From assembly GCA_045593085.1 (NCBI GenBank), contig JAZNWA010000027.1:273-64272 (forward strand): a stretch of 64,000 bases of DNA, written 5' to 3'. Every line of letters starts with the position of its first letter. The first letter of the stretch is position 1. This DNA is from Lachnospiraceae bacterium (lineage in GTDB: Bacteria > Bacillota > Clostridia > Lachnospirales > Lachnospiraceae). Below are positions 37,108 to 48,789 of this stretch, piece by piece. The notes beneath the pieces were generated by a model. It was not told where the DNA came from. It worked only from the letters and a program-made list of their open reading frames with translations, and made no database searches. Position numbers and translations under genes: made by a program.

Positions 37108-39774
37108 ATGAACGGAAAAATCGTATTAATTGATGGACACAGTATCTTAAACAGAGCCTTTTTCGGATTACCGGATTTGACCAATTCGGAGGGCCTTCAT
37201 ACCAATGCCATTTATGGATTTTTGAATATTTTATTCCGTATTTTAGAGGAGGAAAAACCGCAGCATTTGGCGGTTGCTTTTGATGTGAACAAACCTACCT
37301 TCCGCCATGAAATGTTTACGGAGTATAAGGGTACAAGAAAGGGAATGGCAGATGAACTTCGTCAGCAGATTCCGGTGATGAAAGAAATGCTTCATGCCAT
37401 GGGCGTTTGTGTATATGAAATGCCGGGCTTTGAGGCAGATGATGTACTTGGAACCGTCGCTAAGCGTGCAGAAGAAAACGGATTGGGCGTATCCATTATT
37501 TCCGGCGACCGAGATTTACTGCAACTTGCAACCGATACGATTTTAGTCCGTATTCCAAAGACAAAAAAAGGCGGAACCGAGATTGAGAATTATTATGCGG
37601 CTGATGTATTAGCACGTTACGAGGTGACACCAAAGCAATTTATTGATGTGAAAGCTTTAATGGGAGATGCCTCCGATAACATTCCGGGTATTCCGGGCGT
37701 TGGAGAAAAGACCGCAACAAAGATTATTGCAGAATATGATACCATCGAGAATGCATATGCACACATTGATGAGATTAAACCGAATAAAGCACAGGAATCC
37801 CTGCGTGAAAATTATGAGTTGGCACAGCTTAGCAAGACATTGGCGACCATTATTACCGATGCACCGGTGGAGATTGATTTTGAAAAGACCAGGCTTCATA
37901 ATCTTTTTACGAAAGAGGCTTATTTGCTGTGCAGACGTTTAGAGTTTAAGAATCTTTTAAAACGTTTCGAAAATGTGGATTTGCAGGATCGGGAAGGCTG
38001 CGAAGAAACTGCGGCAGAAGAGAACGGCTCAACTTTTGAACGGATTTTTGACAAGGAAGGTGCACAGACATTTTTAGAAAAACTTGTCGGCAAGAAGGTG
38101 GGAATCACTGTCTGCGGTACAAAGACAGAATTGTTTGGCTTTGCGGTCGCAACAAATAATGAGGCAGCAGTGATTGTGCTTGCAGAGCAGGAAAACAGAA
38201 ACCTCTTACAAGATATTTGTAAAGGGGCAGAAAAGATATATACTCTTGATGCGAAGAAGGTTTTAAAATTTATTCAGGAGCTGGAACTTACATGCTATAT
38301 GGATGAGGCTCACCTTATCGATGTTGCAGTGGGAGCATATTTGTTAAATCCATTGAAAAATGCCTACCCATATGACGAAATCAGCTCTGAATTCTGTGGA
38401 CGTATGGTTAAGACAGCAGAGGAACTTCTGGGGAAATTGACAGTGGAAGACGGCGTGAAAAATAAAGACGAAAATGCTTTTATATGCGCTTTTAATGAGG
38501 CAAAAACAGCACTTGATGCATGGGATGGCGTAGAGGAAGAGTTGCGTAGTCAGGAAATGGCGGATTTATATTACACCATGGAACTTCCTTTGGTTTATGT
38601 GCTGGATGAGATGGAGAAAAATGGTATCCGCATCAGTGCTGAGGATTTAAAGGAATACGGAGAAAGACTCTCCGTTGGCATTGATGAACGTATGAAGTCT
38701 ATCTTTGCCCAGGCAGATGAAGAGTTCAACATCAATTCTCCAAAGCAGCTTGGCGTGATTTTATTTGAAAAATTACAATTGCCATATGGAAAGAAGACAA
38801 AGACCGGTTATTCTACGGCTGCAGATGTGCTTGAAAAGCTGGCACCGGAATATCCGATTGTTTCTGAAATATTAGAATACAGACAACTTACAAAATTAAA
38901 ATCTACCTATGCAGACGGTTTGGCAACTTTTATTAGGGAAGACGGCAGAATCCATGGCACTTTCAATCAGACAATTACTGCTACGGGTAGAATCAGCAGC
39001 ACGGAACCGAATCTGCAAAACATTCCTGTGCGAATGGAATTGGGCAGACAAATCCGAAAAGTCTTTATCCCGAAAGAAGGCTATTGTTTTGTGGATGCGG
39101 ACTATTCCCAGATTGAGCTTCGTTTATTGGCACATATGTCCGGTGATGAGACTTTGATTGAAGCCTACAGAAGCGACAAGGATATTCACAGAATTACCGC
39201 TTCACAGGTGTTTAATATTCCGTTTGAAGAAGTGACTGAGCAGGAAAGAAGAAATGCAAAGGCAGTAAATTTCGGTATTGTCTACGGAATCAGTTCCTTT
39301 GGGCTTAGTCAGGATTTAAGCATTTCCGTTAAAGAAGCGGCAAATTATATGGAACATTATTTTAAGACTTACCCAAGGATCAAGACTTATCTTGATAATC
39401 TGGTTGAGGCAGCAAAAGACCAGGGATATGCAAAAACCATGTATGCCCGTCGCCGCCCGATGCCGGAATTATCTTCCGGGAACTTTATGCAGCGAGCCTT
39501 TGGTGAACGCGTTGCTATGAATGCACCGATTCAGGGCTCCGCGGCAGATATTATGAAATTGGCGATGATTGGCGTATATAGGCGGTTAAAAAAAGAAGGC
39601 TGTGCATCCAAACTGCTTGTTCAGGTTCACGACGAATTGTTAATCGAAACGAAAATGGATGAAGTAGATTTAGTGAAACGTATTTTACAGGAAGAAATGA
39701 CCGGTGCAGCAACATTAAAAGTAGCATTGGAAGTAGATATTCATGCAGGAGAGAACTGGTATGAAGCAAAGTAA
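37108..39774 (+). CDS. polA: DNA polymerase I
   Basis: 5'-3' exonuclease (IDGHS, EADD, GDRD, GDASDNIPG); polymerase motifs DYSQIELR, AKAVNFGIVYG, QVHDEL. Confidence 0.97.
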   Translation: MNGKIVLIDGHSILNRAFFGLPDLTNSEGLHTNAIYGFLNILFRILEEEKPQHLAVAFDVNKPTFRHEMFTEYKGTRKGMADELRQQIPVMKEMLHAMGVCVYEMPGFEADDVLGTVAKRAEENGLGVSIISGDRDLLQLATDTILVRIPKTKKGGTEIENYYAADVLARYEVTPKQFIDVKALMGDASDNIPGIPGVGEKTATKIIAEYDTIENAYAHIDEIKPNKAQESLRENYELAQLSKTLATIITDAPVEIDFEKTRLHNLFTKEAYLLCRRLEFKNLLKRFENVDLQDREGCEETAAEENGSTFERIFDKEGAQTFLEKLVGKKVGITVCGTKTELFGFAVATNNEAAVIVLAEQENRNLLQDICKGAEKIYTLDAKKVLKFIQELELTCYMDEAHLIDVAVGAYLLNPLKNAYPYDEISSEFCGRMVKTAEELLGKLTVEDGVKNKDENAFICAFNEAKTALDAWDGVEEELRSQEMADLYYTMELPLVYVLDEMEKNGIRISAEDLKEYGERLSVGIDERMKSIFAQADEEFNINSPKQLGVILFEKLQLPYGKKTKTGYSTAADVLEKLAPEYPIVSEILEYRQLTKLKSTYADGLATFIREDGRIHGTFNQTITATGRISSTEPNLQNIPVRMELGRQIRKVFIPKEGYCFVDADYSQIELRLLAHMSGDETLIEAYRSDKDIHRITASQVFNIPFEEVTEQERRNAKAVNFGIVYGISSFGLSQDLSISVKEAANYMEHYFKTYPRIKTYLDNLVEAAKDQGYAKTMYARRRPMPELSSGNFMQRAFGERVAMNAPIQGSAADIMKLAMIGVYRRLKKEGCASKLLVQVHDELLIETKMDEVDLVKRILQEEMTGAATLKVALEVDIHAGENWYEAK

Positions 39775-40399
39775 CAGACCGGAAGGAACCGGAAAATATG
39801 GTCAATTGAAAGTAATCGGGATTACCGGAGGCGTTGGGGCCGGAAAATCTACGGTTTTAAACTATCTGAAAGAAAAGTACCATGCGAAAATCTATCTTGC
39901 GGATGAAGTGGCTAAAATGTTGCTTAAGCCCGGACAAGAGTGCTTTGAAAAGGTACGTGCGATTTTTCCCCAGCATGTTTTTACAAAAGAAGGAGAGATC
40001 GACCGTATCAAAATGGCGGAGTTGATTTTTGCACATCCGGAATATAGGATTCGTCAAAATGAAATCGTTTTTCCTGCGGTAAAAGATTATTTTAGGACGC
40101 AGATTCAAAAAGAAAAAGAAGCCGGCACAAAACTTATGATTATTGAAGCCGCACTTTTAATCGAAGAACACTATGAAGAACTGTGTGACAGTTTATGGTA
40201 TGTGTTTACGGATGAATTTACCAGAAGAGAGCGATTAACGTCGGATAGAGGCTATTCTCAGGAAAAAATTACTAATATTATGAATAGTCAGTTGACTGAA
40301 GAGGAATTTCGCAGACACACAGATGTCCTTATCGACAATTCGAAAAGTGTAGAGAATACCCGAGAAAGCATTGACCGAATTATGGGTGATTGGGTATAA
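39761..40399 (+). CDS. coaE: Dephospho-CoA kinase
   Basis: IGITGGVGAGKST, IDR, IEAALL; polA-coaE synteny. Confidence 0.93.
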   Translation: MKQSNRPEGTGKYGQLKVIGITGGVGAGKSTVLNYLKEKYHAKIYLADEVAKMLLKPGQECFEKVRAIFPQHVFTKEGEIDRIKMAELIFAHPEYRIRQNEIVFPAVKDYFRTQIQKEKEAGTKLMIIEAALLIEEHYEELCDSLWYVFTDEFTRRERLTSDRGYSQEKITNIMNSQLTEEEFRRHTDVLIDNSKSVENTRESIDRIMGDWV

Positions 40400-40444
40400 T
40401 TATAACAGAACTGTTTTTAGATAAATGTACAAGGAGAAGAAAAC

Positions 40445-42538
40445 ATGTACGAGAACAACAACCATGACGGTGAATTAGTATTTGGTCTGGATATTGGGAC
40501 AAGAAATGTAGTAGGAACCGTAGGCTATCGTAAAGATGGTGATTTTTATGTGGTTGCCCAGAAGGTAAAAGAGCATGAGACCCGTTCCATGCTGGATGGA
40601 CAGATTCATGATATCGGACGCGTTGGCAGAACCATTCGTTCTTTAAAAGAAGAGTTGGAGGCAATGGTTGAACAGCCACTGACGGAAGTATGTATTGCTG
40701 CAGCTGGTCGTGTATTAAAGACGGTTGAGGTAATGGTTGAATATGAATTTCCGGAAGAAACCGTGATTGATGCAGAACACATTCATACTTTGGATTTGTT
40801 GGGTGTGGAAGAAGCACAAAAGCATTTAAATAAGATTAACGATACCAAGTTTAAATTTTATTGCGTGGGATATTCCGTAGTGCGTTACTTTATTGATGGC
40901 GATCCGATTTCAAATTTGGAAGGCCATAAGGCAATGCGCATCTCAGAAGATGTTATTGTAACATTTTTGCCGGAAGATGTTGTGGATGGATTGTATTCTG
41001 CAGTAAATGCAGCCGGTCTTGAAGTTGCTAACCTGACTTTGGAGCCGATTGCCGCAATTAATGTGGCGATTCCGGAGGCTTTTCGTTTGTTAAATATTGC
41101 ATTAATCGACGTTGGGGCAGGAACCTCTGATATTTCCATAACCAGAGACGGAAGCATTATTGCTTATGGTATGATTCCTCATGCAGGAGATGAAATCACG
41201 GAAATTATTGTGCAGCATTATTTGGTTGATTTTAAGACGGCGGAAGAGATTAAGTTGGCCTCTACTTTTGAAGATACCATTAAGTTTAAAGATATTATGA
41301 TGCTTGAACATGAGATTCCTTCAAGTGAAGTATGGGATTTGGTAGAATCGGCGGTGGAGAGCATTACAACAGAAATTGTAAATAAGATTACCGAATTAAA
41401 TGGCGGAAAGTCTGTTAGTGCAACCTTTGTGGTGGGCGGTGGAGGAAAGATCCATGGCTTTACACAGAAGATTGCTGAAAAAATGGGAATTCCGCAAGAG
41501 AGAGTGGCACTTCGTGGAGAGGAAGTGCTTCAAAAGGTTCATTTTGAACAGGAAGATGTGAAAAAGGATCCGCTCATTGTTACACCGGTGGGAATTTGCT
41601 TGAACTATTTTGACCAAAAGAATAATTTCATCTTTGTTCGTTTTAACGGAGAGAGAATCAAGTTGTATGATAACAATAAATTAACGGTTATGGATGCGGC
41701 TTTAGTGGCAGATTTTCCAAATGAACAGCTTTTCCCAAGAAGAGGTAAAGAGATTCATTTTACTGTTAATGGTAAGAATCGTATTGCACGCGGAGAGGCA
41801 GGCGAGTCTGCGATTGTAAGATTAAACGGAGCAAATGTGAGTTTGTCTACGCCGATTATGTCAAATGCAGAGATTGAAATTATCCCGTCTACCAGCGGAA
41901 GCGGTGCAAATATTACCATTGCCGATTTAGATGAGTACACCAGTGAGGACATCTCATTTGTAGTTAACGGAAAGAATGTCATTTGTCCGAAGTTTGTAGA
42001 AGTAAACGGAAGCTTAGAACCGGCCAATTATGAAATCGCGGAAGGAGATCGTATCGAGTTACGAAACTTCTATACGGTAGAGCAACTTCGTCAGTTTATG
42101 GATGTTGAAATCGATATGGACAGGGAAATTTTAGTAAATAACAGAAGTGAGTCTTTAGAGGCTTTGGTTTATGAGAATTTCTCCGTAAACTGGACGGTTA
42201 TTAACAGCACATCACCGATGGCGACTTACGGCGCAGAGGAAGCATTTGAACGCGGCTTGTCTGAAGAGGAGCAAGAGATATCTCAGGCGGATGAAAAAAT
42301 AACTGCAACAGAAATCAAAGATAATGGTGGAGTGATGGATATCGTTGTATACATAAATGGTAAACCGGTAACCTTAAGCGGCAAGTCCGAGTATATTTTT
42401 GTAGATATCTTTGAATTCTTCGATTTTGACTTAAGTGATTCCCGAGGAAGAAGCATCGTGACCAAATTAAACGGTGTTGATGCGGCGCATACAAAAGTGC
42501 TTTTTGCGGGAGATGATATTGAAGTTTATTGGGATTAA
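40445..42538 (+). CDS. FtsA/PilM-like actin-fold ATPase with C-terminal beta-grasp-like repeats
   Basis: GLDIGT, LTLEPIAA, LIDVGAGTSD, AEEIK, VGGG; C-terminal NG-rich repeats ending GDDIEVYWD. Confidence 0.8.
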   Translation: MYENNNHDGELVFGLDIGTRNVVGTVGYRKDGDFYVVAQKVKEHETRSMLDGQIHDIGRVGRTIRSLKEELEAMVEQPLTEVCIAAAGRVLKTVEVMVEYEFPEETVIDAEHIHTLDLLGVEEAQKHLNKINDTKFKFYCVGYSVVRYFIDGDPISNLEGHKAMRISEDVIVTFLPEDVVDGLYSAVNAAGLEVANLTLEPIAAINVAIPEAFRLLNIALIDVGAGTSDISITRDGSIIAYGMIPHAGDEITEIIVQHYLVDFKTAEEIKLASTFEDTIKFKDIMMLEHEIPSSEVWDLVESAVESITTEIVNKITELNGGKSVSATFVVGGGGKIHGFTQKIAEKMGIPQERVALRGEEVLQKVHFEQEDVKKDPLIVTPVGICLNYFDQKNNFIFVRFNGERIKLYDNNKLTVMDAALVADFPNEQLFPRRGKEIHFTVNGKNRIARGEAGESAIVRLNGANVSLSTPIMSNAEIEIIPSTSGSGANITIADLDEYTSEDISFVVNGKNVICPKFVEVNGSLEPANYEIAEGDRIELRNFYTVEQLRQFMDVEIDMDREILVNNRSESLEALVYENFSVNWTVINSTSPMATYGAEEAFERGLSEEEQEISQADEKITATEIKDNGGVMDIVVYINGKPVTLSGKSEYIFVDIFEFFDFDLSDSRGRSIVTKLNGVDAAHTKVLFAGDDIEVYWD

Positions 42539-42546
42539 TATTTCAT

Positions 42547-42578
42547 TTGGTGGAGGCTTTCAAGCCTCCACAATTTTT
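42547..42578 (+). terminator. Terminator-like hairpin
   Basis: TGGAGGCTT-TC-AAGCCTCCA plus T-rich tail. Confidence 0.6.
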
Positions 42579-42595
42579 GAGAAAGAGTAGAAAAT

Positions 42596-43393
42596 ATGCG
42601 ATTATGTAGTATAGCCAGCGGAAGCAGCGGCAATTGTATTTATGTAGGAAGTGACAATACGCATCTGTTAGTTGATACGGGAATCAGTGCAAAAAGAGTG
42701 ATTGCCGGAGTGCAGGAATTGGGCGTAAAGCCGGAAGAACTGTCCGGGATTTTGATTACACATGAACATTCCGATCATATTCAGGGATTGGGTGTTTTTT
42801 CCAGAAAATATGGTATCCCCATTTATGGAACAGCCGGAACGATAGAAGCGATTGTAAACACCACAACTCTTGGAGCATACGATAAGAGCCTGCATCGTGT
42901 AATAAGTACGGATGAAGCATTTGAAATTTCAGACTTAAGTATTATGCCGTTTCGAATTTCCCATGACGCAGCACAACCGTGCGGTTATGTTGTGAACCAC
43001 GGGAAAAAGAAAGTTGCTGTAGCAACGGACATGGGTACATATGATGAGTATACGATATCACATTTGCAAAAGTTGGATGCGTTGTTATTGGAATCTAATC
43101 ATGATGTGAATATGCTCCAAGTAGGAACCTATCCGTATTATTTGAAACAACGAATCTTAAGCAATGTAGGACATTTATCCAATGAAAATGCGGGACGGTT
43201 ATTGTGTCGTTTGTTGCATGACGGAATGAAAGAGATTCATCTGGGCCATTTGTCGAAAGAAAACAATTATGAACAATTGGCCTATGAGACTGTAAACATG
43301 GAAATTACGTTGGGCGATTGCAATTATAAAGGCAGTGATTTCCCAATCCATGTGGCAAAACGGGATATGGTGTCAGATATTATCTATGTATAA
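42596..43393 (+). CDS. MBL-fold metallo-hydrolase (YycJ/WalJ-like)
   Basis: ASGSSGN, THEHSDH, HDAA, ATDMG, ESNHD, GHLSN, HLSKENN. Confidence 0.9.
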   Translation: MRLCSIASGSSGNCIYVGSDNTHLLVDTGISAKRVIAGVQELGVKPEELSGILITHEHSDHIQGLGVFSRKYGIPIYGTAGTIEAIVNTTTLGAYDKSLHRVISTDEAFEISDLSIMPFRISHDAAQPCGYVVNHGKKKVAVATDMGTYDEYTISHLQKLDALLLESNHDVNMLQVGTYPYYLKQRILSNVGHLSNENAGRLLCRLLHDGMKEIHLGHLSKENNYEQLAYETVNMEITLGDCNYKGSDFPIHVAKRDMVSDIIYV

Positions 43394-43440
43394 AAAAAGG
43401 ACATACGCTGAGAAATTATAACGGCGGATGTCCCTTTTTT
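43392..43440. terminator. Bidirectional terminator
   Basis: AAAAAAAGGACAT...ATGTCCCTTTTT between convergent genes. Confidence 0.7.
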
Positions 43441-43448
43441 AATAAGGA

Positions 43449-44651
43449 TTATTTTTGATCTTCTTTTTTCGGCAAAAAGCACGCGCGCATAATAGACTCA
43501 TCACCATAACGGTTTCGAACCTTATCGATTGCAGAGTCCAGCTTTTGCAGACGTTCATATTTTTGCCCGTCAAAAAGATTGTACTGCAGGTTGTCATCTT
43601 CCGTGATTTTGGAACAAGATACCCCAAGTAAGCGAATCGGCGAACCATCCCAGAGCTTGGTAAACAACTGACAACAACGGGTATAGATTTCTTGTGTCAC
43701 ATCAGTAGCAGAAGGCAAAGTGATTTGATGCCGGGTCTGCTCAAAATCAGAGTTAGTCAGATATACACTCACAACGCGGACTTTCATTTTATCCGCACGA
43801 AGTCGGGCAGAAACAGTTTCACACAAGGATAGCAATACGTGTTTTGCAATGTCCGGTGATGTGACATCGTGGGAAAGCGTGGTTTCATTGCTATACGAAC
43901 GGTTGGATTCATCGTGGTCTGCAACCATTGCCAGGTCATGCCCGTTGGCATATTCCCAAAGGGTTGTCCCAAATTTTTTTAAGTGATATTGAATAACGGA
44001 AACATCGGTTTGGGCAAGGTCGCCGATGGAACGGATACCAAGGGCGTTTAGTTTTTTCTTGGTATTTTTTCCTACAAAAAATAATTCCCCCACATCCAAA
44101 GGCCACATTTTTTCCGGAATCTCTTCCGGGAAAAGTGTATGGACTTTATTGGGCTTTTCGAAGTCGGAGGCCATTTTTGCCAAAAGCTTATTAGACGAAA
44201 TTCCGATGTTCACGGTAAAGCCGAAGGTGTGAAATATTTCATCTTTTAATTTATGGGCAAACGTAACCGGGTCGCCATATAAACGACCGGTTCCGGTAAA
44301 ATCACAAAATGCTTCATCGATGGAAAATTGTTCCACCACAGGAGCATATTTTTTTAATAACCTCATCAATTCACCGGAGGCAGCAACATAGTCATCATAA
44401 TTTGGAGATACACATAAAAGATTTGGGCATTTTTGACGGGCACTTGCCAGTGGTTCCCCTGTTTGAATGCCGTATTTTTTTGCCGGTACGGACTTTGCCA
44501 ATACGATTCCGTGGCGCCTGGTCTCGTCGCCGCCGATAATGGAAGGGACGGTACGAATATCCACTGCATCCGGGGTTTCTTTTAACATTTTTACAGCTGT
44601 CCAACTTAAAAAAGCAGAATTGACATCAATATGAAAAATCACGTTACCCAT
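43449..44651 (-). CDS. dinB: DNA polymerase IV (Y family)
   Basis: FHIDVNSAF, SIDEAF, NKLLAKMASDFEKP, IRLLGV. Confidence 0.93.
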   Translation of the reverse strand: MGNVIFHIDVNSAFLSWTAVKMLKETPDAVDIRTVPSIIGGDETRRHGIVLAKSVPAKKYGIQTGEPLASARQKCPNLLCVSPNYDDYVAASGELMRLLKKYAPVVEQFSIDEAFCDFTGTGRLYGDPVTFAHKLKDEIFHTFGFTVNIGISSNKLLAKMASDFEKPNKVHTLFPEEIPEKMWPLDVGELFFVGKNTKKKLNALGIRSIGDLAQTDVSVIQYHLKKFGTTLWEYANGHDLAMVADHDESNRSYSNETTLSHDVTSPDIAKHVLLSLCETVSARLRADKMKVRVVSVYLTNSDFEQTRHQITLPSATDVTQEIYTRCCQLFTKLWDGSPIRLLGVSCSKITEDDNLQYNLFDGQKYERLQKLDSAIDKVRNRYGDESIMRACFLPKKEDQK

Positions 44652-44777
44652 AGTATTTCCTCCTAAGGAAATTATAGCGTATTTTGTCTAAAATTCATAG
44701 AAAAAACATTGTATTTGAAAGGAAAAATAGGTATAGTTAAATTGGTGTTTTTTATAAAAAAAAATGGAGGGTTATTC

Positions 44778-46796
44778 ATGAGCACACAAACACTGAAGAA
44801 AAGAAAAGGTAGTATTAGAACAAAACTTATGTTATCAGTATTACCGATGGTGGTAGTAGCACTTATGGTTGTAATTACCATATTAGTATCAACTTCAAGA
44901 AATATTATTAGAGAGCGTTCCTATGCGCTGATTTCAGATCAGAGTGAGAAGTATAATCACGAGGTTCATGCAGTTCTTGCGGAAATTATGGGAAAACTTA
45001 ATGTAATGCATGGATCATTGGAAGCAATGAATGGAACGAACGAAGAGATTTATGCATATCTGGAATATACTATGACAGTCGACGAACGAATTCCGTATGG
45101 TATCTATATGGCAGATAAATACAATACATACCTGGATGCCGGTTGGGTTCCGGATGAAGGTTGGGTGCCGACATCACGTGACTGGTATATTGAAGGTGTA
45201 AAGCATACTGTTTTAACATTGGGAGAAGCTTATGTTGACGCACAGTCCGGCGAGTTGTGCGTAAGTGCCGCTTGTAAGCTGTCATGCAGAGGCGATGACA
45301 ATATGGTTATCTCTTCCGACATCATGCTTGCAGAAATTTCCGCAGCTGTTAGCGAATATAAGGTATTGGAAAATGGTTATGCATATTTGGTAAGTGTTTC
45401 TGATTCAGGAGCAACTGTTCTTGCTCATAGTAATCCGGAATTATTGGGAACAACAGCAGATGAGAATTCCGCGGATGCTGTAGTTGCTGTAAGTTCTGCT
45501 TTTTACGGCAAATGTGACGGAACCATTCAGCAGACAGCGGTTAATGGAGAAGATTATTTTTTTAGTTTAACGAAGGTGGAAGGAACCAACTGGGTATTGG
45601 TATGTTGTGCACCGGATAAGGATATTTCCACAGTTGTGGGAACCATGACAACATTGGCAACAATTATTGCAACGATTACCATTGCATTTATAGCGATTGC
45701 GATTATTGTGGTAGTCCGTTCTACTATGAAGCCACTTCTTGACCTTACAAAGAATATTGACAGTATGAGCCAGGGTGACTTTACCGTGGATATTAAATCC
45801 AAGGGTAATGATGAAATTGCCATGATGTGCGGACAGTTGGGAGATTTTGTTACAACGATGCGAAATGTTATCGGTGAAATCACCGGCGTATCCCAGAAAC
45901 TTGCGGGTCAGGCTGACAACAGCAGCAATGTTTCCGGTGTATTATATCGTTCAGCAGAAAGCCAGTCACAGGCAATGCGTGAATTAAATGATACCGTAGA
46001 AGAATTATCCGTTTCTATCGGTGAAATTGCATCGAATGCAACATCTTTAGCAATGATTGTAAATGAAGCAGGCGAACGTGGTGTGGAAGCAAATGAAAAA
46101 ATGCAGCAGACCGTAGCCGTTACAAAAGAAGGCCGTGCGGATATGGATAAGATTAAGGTAGCAATGGAAGAAATTGCAGAATCCGTACAGCAGTTAGAAG
46201 AAGCCGTTACAAGAGTAGGTAACTCCACCGGTGAAATTACAAAATTCGTTGAAACAATCGGTGAGATTGCGTCTCAGACAAACCTTTTATCCTTAAATGC
46301 ATCTATCGAAGCTGCCAGAGCAGGGGAAGCAGGTAGAGGATTTGCGGTAGTTGCTGATGAAATCAGACAGCTTGCAGATACCAGTACGGAGGCAGTTACT
46401 GAGATTACAGCTATTACAAACGGCATTAATCGTTTGGTTACAGATACCATTGATAAGACAAAAGAAAGCGTGGAAGGTATCCGTGAAAGCGTACAGTTAG
46501 TTGACGGTGCTTGCACAACATTTGAAGAAATCTTTGCAAACATTGATGCAACCAGCGTTCTTGTAAGTACGATGGTAGAAAATGTACGTACCGTTGATGA
46601 AGTTGCAACATCTGTAGCAGCCATCACAGAAGAACAGTCTGCAAGTACAGAAGAGATTTTAGCAACAGCAGAAAACCTTTCTACTTTAGCCTTAAATGTA
46701 TCCGATAACAGCCAGGCGGTTGCCGGTGAAGCAGAAAGCATTGCAACAACTGCAGACTTGTTATCCGAACGTATGAAGAAGTTCAAAGTTGAATAA
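44778..46796 (+). CDS. Methyl-accepting chemotaxis protein (Cache + HAMP + MA)
   Basis: Two TMs, dCache-like [46 protein letters not shown]. Confidence 0.95.
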   Translation: MSTQTLKKRKGSIRTKLMLSVLPMVVVALMVVITILVSTSRNIIRERSYALISDQSEKYNHEVHAVLAEIMGKLNVMHGSLEAMNGTNEEIYAYLEYTMTVDERIPYGIYMADKYNTYLDAGWVPDEGWVPTSRDWYIEGVKHTVLTLGEAYVDAQSGELCVSAACKLSCRGDDNMVISSDIMLAEISAAVSEYKVLENGYAYLVSVSDSGATVLAHSNPELLGTTADENSADAVVAVSSAFYGKCDGTIQQTAVNGEDYFFSLTKVEGTNWVLVCCAPDKDISTVVGTMTTLATIIATITIAFIAIAIIVVVRSTMKPLLDLTKNIDSMSQGDFTVDIKSKGNDEIAMMCGQLGDFVTTMRNVIGEITGVSQKLAGQADNSSNVSGVLYRSAESQSQAMRELNDTVEELSVSIGEIASNATSLAMIVNEAGERGVEANEKMQQTVAVTKEGRADMDKIKVAMEEIAESVQQLEEAVTRVGNSTGEITKFVETIGEIASQTNLLSLNASIEAARAGEAGRGFAVVADEIRQLADTSTEAVTEITAITNGINRLVTDTIDKTKESVEGIRESVQLVDGACTTFEEIFANIDATSVLVSTMVENVRTVDEVATSVAAITEEQSASTEEILATAENLSTLALNVSDNSQAVAGEAESIATTADLLSERMKKFKVE

Positions 46797-46812
46797 TACA
46801 TAAAGGAGAATT

Positions 46813-47529
46813 GTGATGAAAAAACGATCTATTGCAGAAGAACTGCGCACAAACTCTTATCCGGGAAGGGGAATTATCCTTGGAAAAACTCCGGATGGGG
46901 AACATGCTGTGGCTGCCTACTTTATTATGGGTAGAAGCGAAAACAGTAGAAACAGAGTGTTTATTGAGGACGGAAAAGGAATTCGTACCCAGGCATTTGA
47001 TCCGGCGAAATTGAGTGACCCAAGCCTCATTATTTATTCACCGGTACGAGTGCTTGGAAACAAGACTATTGTTACGAATGGTGACCAGACGGATACCATC
47101 TACGAACTAATGGATCGTCAGATGACGTTTGAACAGTCCTTAAGAACCAGAGAATTTGAGCCGGATGCGCCGAATTATACCCCAAGAATTTCAGGCATCA
47201 TGCGTATCGAAAATGGAACTTACAACTATGCGCTTTCTATTTTAAAGAGCAACTGCGGCAGACCGGATGGTTGTTTGCGTTATAACTTCGCATACGAGAA
47301 TCCAATAGCAGGAGAAGGTCATTTTATCCATACCTATATGGAAGATGGCAATCCGTTGCCGAGTTTTGAAGGTGAACCAAAGATGGTAGATACCGTTAAT
47401 TGTATTGACGAGTACACCGAGCTTTTGTGGAATAACTTAAATGAAGACAACAAGGTTTCTTTGTTTGTCCGTTATATTAACATTAAAACCGGAGAAGTAG
47501 TCTCCAGAATCGTAAATAAAAACAAATAA
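46813..47529 (+). CDS. IMP cyclohydrolase (stand-alone, PurO-like)
   Basis: YPGRGI, GRSENSRNR, VTNGDQTD, EPDAPNYTPRISG; directly upstream of the AICAR transformylase. Confidence 0.88.
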   Translation: MMKKRSIAEELRTNSYPGRGIILGKTPDGEHAVAAYFIMGRSENSRNRVFIEDGKGIRTQAFDPAKLSDPSLIIYSPVRVLGNKTIVTNGDQTDTIYELMDRQMTFEQSLRTREFEPDAPNYTPRISGIMRIENGTYNYALSILKSNCGRPDGCLRYNFAYENPIAGEGHFIHTYMEDGNPLPSFEGEPKMVDTVNCIDEYTELLWNNLNEDNKVSLFVRYINIKTGEVVSRIVNKNK

Positions 47530-47586
47530 AAACATTATGAAACGATGGTTCCCAAGTTTATACGAGGGAACCACACGTTATAGAAA

Positions 47587-48774
47587 GTGGAAAATATGAT
47601 GAAAGAATTAGAATTAAAATATGGTTGTAATCCAAACCAGAAACCTGCAAAGGTTTATATGAAAAATAAGGAACTTCCTTTTGAAGTGTTAAACGGAAAA
47701 CCTGGTTTTATTAACTTGTTAGATGCTTTTAATGGTTGGCAGTTAGTAAAGGAATTAAAAGAAGCAACCGGTATGCCTGCAGCGACCAGCTTTAAACATG
47801 TGTCTCCGGCAGGAGCAGCAATTGGCCGTCCGTTATCAGAAATTGAGAGAAAGATTTATTGGGTAGAAGAATTCCCGAATTTAAGCCCAATCGCATCTGC
47901 ATATGCAAGAGCAAGAGGCGCAGACAGAATGTCTTCCTTTGGTGATTTTATTTCTTTATCGGATGTGTGCGATGTAGATACTGCTAAATTGATTAAAAGA
48001 GAAGTTTCTGATGGAATTATAGCTCCGGGCTATGAACCGGAAGCTTTGGAACTATTAAAAGCGAAAAAAGGCGGTAACTACTGCGTAATTCAGATCGATC
48101 CGAACTATGTGCCGGAAGAAGTAGAAGAAAAGCAGGTATTCGGCATTACTTTCTCACAGGGCAGAAACAACCTTGCAATTAACGAAGAATTGTTATCCAA
48201 TATGGTTACAGAGAACAAAGAGATTCCGGAACCTGCAAAACAGGATTTATTAATTGCATTAATTACATTAAAGTATACGCAGTCCAATTCCGTATGCTAT
48301 GCAAAAGACGGACAGGCGATTGGTATCGGAGCAGGACAGCAGTCCAGAATCCACTGTACACGTCTTGCCGGACAGAAGGCAGATAACTGGTATTTAAGAC
48401 AGGCGCCTCAGGTATTAAATCTTCCGTTTGTTGATAAACTGGGACGGGCAGAGCGTGACAATGCAATTGATGTTTACATTGGAGATACACCGGAAGATGT
48501 ATTGGCAGATGGTGTTTGGGAACAGACATTCAAGGTAAAACCTGCAGTCTTTACCCGTGAAGAAAAAGCAGCGTGGTTAAAAGGCATGAAAGGTGTTGCT
48601 CTTGGATCGGACGCATTCTTCCCATTTGGGGATAATGTAGAACGTGCTCATAGAAGCGGTGTAGAATATATTGCTCAGCCGGGTGGTTCAGTAAGAGATG
48701 ATAACGTTATTGATACCTGTAACAAGTACAATATTGCTATGTGTTTTACCGGAATCCGTCTATTCCATCATTAA
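47587..48774 (+). CDS. purH: AICAR formyltransferase (PurH transformylase domain only)
   Basis: [49 protein letters not shown]; lacks the N-terminal IMPCH domain. Confidence 0.92.
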   Translation: MENMMKELELKYGCNPNQKPAKVYMKNKELPFEVLNGKPGFINLLDAFNGWQLVKELKEATGMPAATSFKHVSPAGAAIGRPLSEIERKIYWVEEFPNLSPIASAYARARGADRMSSFGDFISLSDVCDVDTAKLIKREVSDGIIAPGYEPEALELLKAKKGGNYCVIQIDPNYVPEEVEEKQVFGITFSQGRNNLAINEELLSNMVTENKEIPEPAKQDLLIALITLKYTQSNSVCYAKDGQAIGIGAGQQSRIHCTRLAGQKADNWYLRQAPQVLNLPFVDKLGRAERDNAIDVYIGDTPEDVLADGVWEQTFKVKPAVFTREEKAAWLKGMKGVALGSDAFFPFGDNVERAHRSGVEYIAQPGGSVRDDNVIDTCNKYNIAMCFTGIRLFHH

Positions 48775-48789
48775 AATGAATAAAAACGA

